Below are positions 54,421-64,000 of a DNA stretch of 64,000 nucleotides, in pieces. Numbering within the stretch: position 1 is the first letter of the stretch; each line of letters opens with the position of its first letter. Under the pieces are notes generated by a model. That model saw nothing but the letters and a program-made list of their open reading frames with translations, searched no databases and had not been told where the DNA came from. Source of the DNA: Octopus sinensis (taxonomy: Eukaryota); assembly GCF_006345805.1 (NCBI RefSeq), contig NC_043001.1:119598001-119662000 (forward strand), given 5' to 3'. The position numbers and the translations under genes are program-made.

Positions 54421-55632
54421 AAAGCTAACTCAGTAAATAATAAAAAGACATGAATCTGGCCTGGTTGAGGTGTTGATTTAAAACTTAGTGATAACCAGCA
54501 TCACGCCTTTGGGGATGCAGAAAGTGAGTTTGTTGCAAGAAATTGTCACTGCATATACATTTTCCTAAGGAAAATTTCTTTTTGCATGTCATCGAGTTTA
54601 GTGGGCGTATGACAATGGTAAGCATTAAAATAATAGCCCATAAAAACACTTTTTCCCCATCAAAGACATTTTCACTTATATATGTGTTTATGTATGCACA
54701 AGCGTATGTATGCATGTATGTATGTATTGTGTGTGCGTGCGTGCGTGCATGTTCCATCTCAAAGAAGAATTGTGGATTAAAATAATGTGATTTCTCGTTT
54801 TCTCTGTAGAAATATCTGAACGTATGTCTTTGCGTAAAGTGTATGCGTTAATGTCAGAAATTGTCTCCATTTCATGAATGAAGGAAAATTACTTTTCTGT
54901 GTTGATACAATAATCGATATTCTTTTAGGTTTTCAGTGTTCCACGGGCTAGTAATGAACTAAAAGTTATTTTAAAAATAATAAAAAAATACAATTTGTAA
55001 TAAAGAGGGAACATTTCTCCGATACAGTGTTTCTGCTAATATGTTGAAACACGAGACAGATTTTCCATTTTAGTATGATGTACGCCAACATGTGTATGTA
55101 TGTCTGAAGAAGAAAGAGATAGGATGAGTGTATGTGTGTAGGCGTATGTGTGTGCTTGCATATGTATGTAGGTGTATGTGTGTGTAAGTGTGTATGCGTG
55201 CGCATATGTGCCTGTAGGTTGGTGTATGTGTGCGTGTATATATGTGTACGTGTCTGTGTTGCTGAAACTGATTTTCAGACATTTTCACACCTTTCTCACG
55301 TGTGCTTTCGTCATTTTTCACAAGTGACCATATTTATTGTTGAACCCAATAAAATAGTGACATGGGATTTTCTAGAGATTTCATAGAGTGCAAACAACTA
55401 CTTATGATTGAAACTTAAGTATCTCGGTTATACGGAATAAAAAATATACCAGATACTGCCAGCGATATTGATCCTCTCAAATTGTTATATGCTCTCACAA
55501 TATCAGATGTCTATGTGTGTGTGTATGCATGCATATATATATATATAAGCATGTGAGTGTATATGTATGTGTGTATGCATGTGTGGGATGTGTATTCATG
55601 TGCACATGGATATATATATATATATATATATA

Positions 55633-55702
55633 TATAGTGTTAATCTAAACAAGAAAGCACAAAAACACAACAACGCGAGGACGTGGAACAAATATAGTAT
55701 TA

Positions 55703-55733
<31 letters not shown>

Positions 55734-55760
55734 TTATATATGTATGTATGTATGTATGTA

Positions 55761-55793
<33 letters not shown>

Positions 55794-56930
55794 ATTTCTA
55801 TGAATCATGTGATGTCATAAATACGTGCATTGCACACATAGCTGAGTAATGAGAAAATATAGCATAAGTTTATGGGGGGGTGTATCTTCTATACATAATA
55901 TTCATGTAAGATATATATAATTAATATCAAGAAAAGAAATTACTCAGGTTGGAGCGATGGAGAAATGGATGTCGGTCTTGCTTGAAATTTCAAAGTATGA
56001 ATTGACGCTTGTGCATGCAGGCAGAGAAGGTTTCCTCCTTAATGTCTAAAACGTTCACTGTTAGTGTTAATGATATTTAGTTTTTCAGTAACGCAGAGAT
56101 TGCCTTTGCTGCCCCACTTCCCTGCATTTGCTGGCCTTAACTTATAATGCTCCAGTTTATATGGGGCTTTCTCACTCTTCTCTCTTTAAGTGTCAATACC
56201 ATATCAAATAAAGATGTTCTATATCTTCTGGGGTTTTTTTTTTTTTATCTCTGAACGAAACCAAAAGCTGCACATATCTTTCTTTGAATGTTTTTCCTAT
56301 CATTCCAAAGTAAGTTTTTATTGTTCCGTTCAATTCTGTAACGTTGTCTTTGTAGACTAATTATTTTCCCAGGCACCTATTGTTTAGGCGACAGTTATCC
56401 GGAGATCTGAAATTACAAGAGCTTTGGAGAATGTGCCAAATGTTATAATGTTTATTGTTAGACCTTTCTGATGCGGCGTTGTAGTGTGGGGTAGGCTTTT
56501 TGAAAGTAGCTTATCAGCAGAAAGGTTTGAAACACGCCTACTAATGCGATTAACTAATTGTTTGATAATTGACTGTTGGTGATTAGAATTTATATCAATA
56601 TAGGGGGAATCCTCATTTAGTTTATGGTAGGGTTTAAATTTGCCTATACTGAGACACATAATAATGTCGAGGAAATTAACCTCTTTAAGGTTTGTATTAA
56701 TTGTAGTTCTTCGATAATTCTTTCTAAATTTTATCCATAATCTGCCCATTTTTGTTATATACTAATCCAAGACCGTCGTCCGGATATAACTTTACATCAG
56801 TTTCTTTTATCTTTTTTTTAAGGACATCTACGATGTGAAAGCCAGCTAGATCCGCTGTCTCTGCACAGCCAGAGTGACATCAAATAGCTTATCCTCATTC
56901 TTTTCTACCCAATAAGAATTATCATAAAAA
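55633..56930 (-). mobile_element. Penelope-like element 3' part (RT, GIY-YIG endonuclease, terminal repeat), decayed
   Basis: YPDDGL; NFLDII..GKFKPYHKLNEDSPYIDINSNHQQSIIKQL; KTYFGMIGKTFKERY; LCVTEKLNII. The terminus at 55633-55700 matches the other Penelope-type ends and abuts (TA)n. Confidence 0.85.
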
Positions 56931-57219
56931 ATGATGACTTCTTTGCTTTCATTATAATTACTATATCAGTATAAGTGACGGTTGCATGTACTTTATCAAA
57001 CTCAAGTGCCTTTTCAAGCAAGCTTTTGGAGATCGAAGGATAAAATCTCCACGATTTAATCAACTCAAAGTTGATTCAATTATGTTTTGGAAATGTTATC
57101 GACTAACCGTTTGTTATGTGTGTGGTAATTTACCTCCAAGACATTTTTTGTTTTATCTGCTTTTATGGGTGTGTTTGGGGTTTTTTCAAAAGTTCCAAGA
57201 AATGCTTGTAGTTTTACTC

Positions 57220-57435
57220 ATTACTCTCTTTTACTTATTTCAGTCATGTAACTGTGGCCATGCTGGAGCACCGCCTTTAGTCGAGCAAATCGACCCCAGG
57301 ACTTACTCTTTGTAAGCCTAGTACTTATTCTATCGGCCTCTTTTGCCGAACCGCTAAGTTACGGGGACGTAAACACACCACCATCGGTTGTCAAGCGATG
57401 TTGGGGGAGGGACAAACACAGTTACACAAACATAT

Positions 57436-57471
<36 letters not shown>

Positions 57472-57635
57472 GCATATATACGACGGGCTTCTTTCAGTTT
57501 CCGTCTACCAGATCCACTCACAAGGCTTTGGTCGGCCCGAGGCTATAGTAGAAGACACTTGCCCAAGGTATCACGTAGTGGGACTGAACCTGGAACCATG
57601 TGGTTCGTAAGCAAGCTACATACCACACAACCACT
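57220..57635 (-). mobile_element. Family B SINE, full length
   Basis: Close homologue of 31750-32158. Confidence 0.92.
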
Positions 57636-58569
57636 GAAGTTGTTAGATCTATGGTTGAATTTGTCAGTTTTAACTAATTTGTACCACCAACAATTCACAC
57701 TTCAAAATTTCAAACACAACCTCACACACACACTCACACACACTTCTCCATCCCTTCGAACTGGATGAGTTCTCCTCTGGACATCGATTATATGCATTAT
57801 ATGAAGATTATGCATAAAAGACACACACACACCTCCGTATACTTAAGCTGGATTCCCTCATTACACAAATATATGCACATTACATTCATGAACATTACAG
57901 GATTCACAGAAAATATACATATATACACAAACTTATAAATTTACAATCCCCTGGACCAAGTTCAACGTCAAAATCTGTGATACTCCACAATTATGTGCGC
58001 ATATGCACGCGCGCCTCTGTGTATGTGTGTGCGCGCGAGTGTGTGCTTGTATGCATGTCTATACATATGTATATGTATGTATATATGTACATATATGCAT
58101 TCTGTGAATTCGTGTGTGTGGACACCTGTATGTGTTTGTGGGCGCACCTGTTTTGTATAGACGTTCATGAACATATACGTGTGTATTTATATAAATTTGG
58201 ACGAGCACGTACATTCTCACAAAATGATTCAGGAAATAATCAATCTATGATGAACGCATTTCATTACAAAGATACTCGGGGCTAGTGCAAGAGAAGCAAG
58301 TATTATTTTCCAATAAATTACCTCGCCTGATCTCTATATTTATTTATCCCTAAATTCCGTACAGTCTCGTTTATTCTCATCCAAGATAGAAACGAATAAC
58401 AATGTTCCCATATGGCATCTTTGATCATTTTAAAAGACATTTTTCCACATGAAACCATTGACAGACTTGTTAACTCACAAATAAAGTATATGTATGTGTG
58501 TGTGCGTGTATTATATGTAAATATATAAATATCCATGAGCATTTTACCAAGATGGTAACACTGTGCAGA

Positions 58570-59025
58570 CAAGTAGCTGGATGGATTTTAAGATCCTTCA
58601 GAACCAGGAAGAGGGCGACCATGCTACTCTTATGGAGAACTTTCATTCTCAGTCACGGCAGAGCATCAAACTAGTGGTGGAACTTGAAGCAATCCAATGC
58701 CACTGTACAAAAAGTTTGACTCAGTGAAGCAGATGAGCTACTGGGAGAGGCTAAAGGAACTGGAGCTCTGCTCCCTGGAGAGAAGTCATGAAAGATATGC
58801 TGTGATATACACATGGAAGATGCTGGAAGGTCTAACTCCCAACTTTGAAAGTCATAGAAGCCACTGAGCTGGACAACATTGCATAGCACCAAAGATCCTA
58901 TCTTCTCCATCTAGTATAAGGACTCGGTACTGTAACAGTTTGAGTTTCAAGGGTTCACAACTATTCATCATTCAGTCACAAACATCAGGGATTTGTGAGG
59001 TATAGATGTGGAGGGCTTCAAAGTA
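58570..59025 (+). mobile_element. CR1-clade LINE ORF2 3' fragment
   Basis: AGWILRSFRTRKRATMLLLWRTFILS..ELEAIQ..MSYWERLKELELCSLERSHERYAVIYTWKMLEGL..RYCNSLSFKGSQLF. Confidence 0.82.
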
Positions 59026-59034
59026 TCATCATCA

Positions 59035-59090
59035 TCATCATCATTGTCGTCGTTTAACGTCCGTTTTCCGCGCTAGCACGGGTTGGACGG
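59035..59090 (-). mobile_element. RTE-type 3' tail with (GAT)n
   Basis: Reverse complement of the tail at 59650-59703. Confidence 0.75.
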
Positions 59091-59424
59091 GAAAAATAGC
59101 GTGTTAGACAGCGCCTGTGGTTTCAAGGTCGGAAGAATTCACATAGAGTTCAGATTAACGAAGTAACCACACGGCGAACAAACTTTTATCTGAGATACCA
59201 GACAAGCCCATATCATGGCAGGAGGTTCAAAGAAGAGCAGCTCCATCCAGCTTCCTACTTCACCAGAAACAGTACAGAAAAGCAGAAAAGCAGCCCAAAC
59301 ACACAGAAGGGCAGTACTCAGCATGGCCTCAGCCTCTCGCTGAAACCAGTCAAAGGGAAATAATAAAAGATATATATATATATATACATACATACATATA
59401 TGTATATATATATGTACATATGCA

Positions 59425-59464
<40 letters not shown>

Positions 59465-59467
59465 CAT

Positions 59468-59703
59468 AAAAAACACCATCCGAGCGTGGCCGTCTGCCAG
59501 CCTCGTCTGGCACTTGTGTCGGTGGCGCATAAAATCACCCACTACACTCTCGGAGTGGTTGGCGTTAGGAAGGGCATCCAGCTGTAGAAACACTGCCAGA
59601 TCTGACTGGCCTGGTGCAGCCTTCGGGCTTGCCAGACCAGACCCCAGTTGAACCGTCCAACCCATGCTAGCATGGAAAGCGGACGTTAAACGATGATGAT
59701 GAT
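59468..59703 (+). mobile_element. Short non-autonomous RTE-related element
   Basis: GGTTGGCGTTAGGAAGGGCATCCAGCTGTAGAAA, an RTE 5'-type motif, joined to the tail CCGTCCAACCCATGCTAGCATGGAAAGCGGACGTTAAACGATGATGAT. Confidence 0.75.
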
Positions 59704-59767
59704 ACATACATACATACATGTGAATTTGAATATATCCCATGTTTTATAGATATCTACAGTATATTAC

Positions 59768-59803
<36 letters not shown>

Positions 59804-59811
59804 ATACATAC

Positions 59812-59865
<54 letters not shown>

Positions 59866-60799
59866 ATATAAGGCCTTCTTTAATTGAACCACTCAAATGC
59901 CAAAATGTATCTAAATTTAGATCTTTAAACACTATAATTTATCTTCAAAAATCAAAAACACTTGCAGCGAACACAAACAACCGCATCATTAGAAAGCAAC
60001 ACAGCTTCCGGATTGATGTAGAGAAATTTTTGGACCATTCACAAAATTTCACAGCATGGAAGCATATAAACTACATCTGACCTCGAAGGCATTACGTTTA
60101 CTTTTGAAACATCAGAACAGATATATCTCTTCTCTCCAAACAAATCAAACAGGAAAAAAAGAAGGAAAACATGAAAACAATATAGTAAACAAAGTAATTT
60201 CTGAATCTTGACATGAAAATGTTTCTCCGTCCATCAGTCAGTCTGTCAGTTTTCGTTTGTTGTTTTCTTTTAAATCGTCTTCTTTCTTATCTTCTTCTTA
60301 CTCATTCTACTCCTTATCTACTTCCGAGAGCTTCGTTAAAGACTACTGTCTTCTTCCAAATCACTTTTTAAAAACGAGTGAACCAACTTCGTTTTTAGTT
60401 ATATGTTCAAATTTCGCGCTTGTCACCAACCTTTGCCAGAACAAGTATTTTGCCGTGAAATGAGAAGGTAAATTGCAAGCAATTCCCTTTATATTGCTGG
60501 TATTGTTACAATGCATTGAATAAACAACCTCAGGTGAAATTTCATGACACATTTGACATCAATGCAGAAAAAGAAAAAAGTAAAATCAATGATGATGATC
60601 ATGACTGATTGATTATGATGACTGATTGATTATGATGAGTTCTGTGTTGTTATAGAAATGGTGTGAATTTTTACATTTATTTATTTTTATAGAAAATATA
60701 TTACAGAATATACAATAAATTCCTTAATGTCATCTTTATGCATTACAATCTAAGAACCAACAATCAAGGGAGTCTTTTCCAGCGATCCAACTAAAATCC

Positions 60800-60962
60800 A
60801 CAAGGCCTGAAATTTGAGGGAGAGAACTAATCAATTACATCGACCCCAACGTTCAACTGATACTTACTTTATCGACCTCGAAAGTTGACCTCGATAGAAT
60901 TTGAACTCAGAATGTAAAGATGGACAAAGTGCCACTAAGAATTTTGCCCAGCATGCTAACCA
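60800..60962 (-). mobile_element. Family A SINE
   Basis: GGCCTGAAATTT..TTATCGACC..TTTGAACTCAGAATG..CAGCATGCTAACCAC. Confidence 0.8.
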
Positions 60963-60964
60963 CT

Positions 60965-61008
60965 TTAATAATAATAATAACAATAATAATAATAATAACT
61001 ATAATAAC

Positions 61009-61070
<62 letters not shown>

Positions 61071-61075
61071 TAATA

Positions 61076-61130
<55 letters not shown>
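60965..61130. repeat. (AAT)n microsatellite
   Basis: Seen directly. Confidence 0.95.
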
Positions 61131-61350
61131 CAGTTAAGAAGGAAAGTGAAAAACTAGACTTCTTAAGTATGAGACAGCCTGGCTATGGAAAATGAAAAAG
61201 GGGGAGATAATGCCAATTACTGTTGGATACTTGAGACGGTATCAAAACATCAAGAGGAATATAAAGGAAATCAGAATAGCATGCTCAATAGAGTTATTAC
61301 AAAAGCGTTGCCTCATTGACGTGGCCAAAATGAAAGTATTGGACAGTTGA
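61131..61350 (+). mobile_element. Degenerate R4/Dong C-terminal fragment directly after (AAT)n
   Basis: KESEKLD..LKYETAWLWKMKK.EIMPITVG....IELLQKRCLI....KVLDS*. Confidence 0.65.
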
Positions 61351-61490
61351 ATAGAACAGATGCTATGGCAGAATTTACATTGATGTAAAAGAATGTAATC
61401 AGGAGTGAACTAAATACCACGAAGTAGTTTAGCTTGACATGGCAAATATTCCATCGTTAATATCTTTATTTTTTTATCTTTTACTTGATT

Positions 61491-64000
61491 CAGATAGCAA
61501 GCCCATTATGCATCCATAGCTCTAGGTACGCTACAGGTAGCAAGCCCACTATGCATTCAAGGCTCCAGGTACGCTACAGGTAGCAAGCCCACTATGCATA
61601 CAAGACTCCAGGTATGCTACAGGTAGCAAGCCCACTCTGCATCCAAGGCTCCAGGTATGCTACAGGTAGCAAGCCCACTCAGCATCCAAGGATCCAGGTA
61701 CGCTACAGGTAGCAAGTCCACTATGCATACAAGACTCCAGGTATGCTACAGGTAGCAAGCCCACTCTGCATCCAAGGCTCCAGGTACGCTACAGGTAGCA
61801 AGCCCACTATGCATCCAAGGCTCCAGGTACGCTACAGGTAGCAAGTCCACTATGCATACAAGACTACAGGTATGCTACAGGTAGCAAGACCACTATGCAT
61901 ACAAGCCTCCAGGTACGCTACAGGTAGCAAGTCCACTATGCATACAAGACTCCAGGTACGCTACAGGTAGCAAGCCCACTATGCATACAAGACTCTATGT
62001 ACGCTACAGGTAGCAAGCCCTCTCTGCATCCAAGGCTCCAGGTATGCTACAGGTAGCAAGTCCACTATGCATACAAGACTCCAGGTATGCTACAGGTAGC
62101 AAGCCCACTCTGCATCCAAGGCTCCAGGTACGCTACAGGTAGCAAGCCCACTATGCATACAAGACTCCAGGTATGCTACAGGTAGCAAGCCCACTATGCA
62201 TACAAGCCTCCAGGTACGCTACAGGTAGCAAGTCCACTATGCATACAAGACTCCGGGTACGCTACAGGTAGCAAGCCCACTATGCATCCAAGACTCCAGG
62301 TACGCTACAGGTAGCAAGCCCACTATGCATACAAGACTCCGGGTACGCTACAGGTAGCAAGCCCACTATGCATCCAAGGCTCCAGGTATGCTACAGGTAG
62401 CAAGCCCACTATGCATCCAAGGCTCCAGGTATGCTACAGGTAGCAAACCCACTATGCATACAAGACTCCAGGTATGCTACAGGTAGCAAGCCCACTATGC
62501 ATCCAAGACTCCAGGTACGCTACAGGTAGCAAGCCCACTATGCATTCAAGGCTCCAGGTACGCTACAGGTAGCAAGCCCACTATGCATCCAAGGCTCCAG
62601 GTATGCTACAGGTCGCAAGCCCACTATGCATACAAGACTCCAGGTACGCTACAGGTAGCAAGCCCACTATGCATCCAAGGCTCCAGGTACGCTACAGGTA
62701 GCAAGCCCACTATGCATACAAGACTCCAGGTATGCTACAGGTAGCAAGCCCACTATGCATACAAGCCTCCAGGTACGCTACAGGTAGCAAGTCCACTATG
62801 CATACAAGACTCCAGGTACGCTACAGGTAGCAAGCCCACTATGCATCCAAGACTCCAGGTATGCTACAGGTAGCAAGACTCTATGTACGCTACAGGTAGC
62901 AAGCCCACTATGCATACAAGCCTCCAGGTACGTTACAGGTAGCAAACCCACTATGCATACAAGACTCCAGGTATGCTACAGGTAGCAAGTCCACTATGCA
63001 TACAAGACTCCAGGTATGCTACAGGTAGCAAGTCCACTATGCATACAAGACTCCAGGTACGCTACAGGTAGCAAGCCCACTATGCATACAAGGCTCCAGG
63101 TACGCTACAGGTAGCAAGCCCACTATGCATCCAAGGCTCCAGGTATGCTACAGGTAGCAAGCCCACTATGCATACAAGACTCCAGGTACGCTACAGGTAG
63201 CAAGCCCACTATGCATCCAAGGCTCCAGGTACGCTACAGGTAGCAAGCCCACTATGCATCCAAGGCTCCAGGTACGCTACAGGTAGCAAGCCCACTATGC
63301 ATACAAGACTCTATATACGCTACAGGTAGCAAGCCCTCTCTGCATCCAAGGCTCCAGGTATGCTACAGGTAGCAAGCCCACTATGCATACAAGCCTCCAG
63401 GTACGCTACAGGTAGCAAGTCCACTATGCATACAAGACTCCAGGTACGCTACAGGTAGCCAGCCCACTATGCATACAAGACTCTATGTACGCTACAGGTA
63501 GCAAGCCCTCTCTGCATCCAAGGCTCCAGGTATGCTACAGGTAGCAAGTCCACTATGCATACAAGACTCCAGGTATGCTACAGGTAGCAAGCCCACTCTG
63601 CATCCAAGGCTCCAGGTACGCTACAGGTAGCAAGCCCACTATGCATACAAGACTCCAGGTATGCTACAGGTAGCAAGCCCACTATGCATCCAAGGCTCCA
63701 GGTATGCTACAGGTAGCAAGCCCACTATGCATACAAGCCTCCAGGTACGCTACAGGTAGCAAGTCCACTATGCATACAAGACTCCAGGTACGCTACAGGT
63801 AGCCAGCCCACTATGCATACAAGACTCTATGTACGCTACAGGTAGCAAGACTCTATGTACGCTACAGGTAGCAAGCCCTCTCTGCATCCAAGGCTCCAGG
63901 TATGCTACAGGTAGCAAGTCCACTATGCATACAAGACTCCAGGTATGCTACAGGTAGCAAGCCCACTCTGCATCCAAGGCTCCAGGTACGCTACAGGTAG
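61491..64000. repeat. 43-bp minisatellite, about 58 units, cut by the window edge
   Basis: Unit GGTAGCAAGCCCACTATGCAT(A/C)CAAG(A/G)CTCCAGGTA(C/T)GCTACA. The 43-bp period was checked at 61579 and 61622. No unique spacers. Confidence 0.97.

Noticed and set aside
59485-59560. HDV-like ribozyme in the RTE-related element (GCCAG-CCTCGT-CTGGC)
   Set aside because: The loop resembles L3, but I could not find P1, P1.1 or P2 pairings.
61491-64000. CRISPR array or repetitive protein gene
   Set aside because: The units are contiguous with no unique spacers, there are no cas genes and the context is eukaryotic. The unit is not a multiple of 3 and contains TAG on both strands.

Overview
AT-rich, microsatellite-dense eukaryotic DNA. 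The SINE families, the microsatellite load and the transposon mix point to a coleoid cephalopod, probably Octopus; this is inferred from recognition, not from a database match. There is no intact gene, rRNA, true tRNA or CRISPR array, and nearly all ORFs in the track are simple-repeat artefacts. The window holds one convincing host coding exon (25157-25361, + strand, single-TM, TMEM200-like). It also holds a complete but decayed Mag-type Ty3/Gypsy element (26742-31368, with LTRs, PBS, PPT and an AATAG TSD) and remnants of Tc1, mariner, Helitron, Penelope, RTE, CR1, Tx1 and R4/Dong elements. At least four tRNA-derived SINE families are present, and a 43-bp minisatellite runs off the right edge. 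Three signals stand out. (1) Hammerhead-ribozyme motifs with palindromic stem III recur, three of them inside fold-back palindromes and all next to (TA)n-type tracts. (2) R4/Dong elements are tied to (AAT)n tracts, and one appears twin-primed using the (AAT)n target as its internal primer. (3) A SINE subfamily carries the 3' tail of a Tx1 LINE, one copy of which sits inside (GATA)n. All alignments and folds were done by eye.
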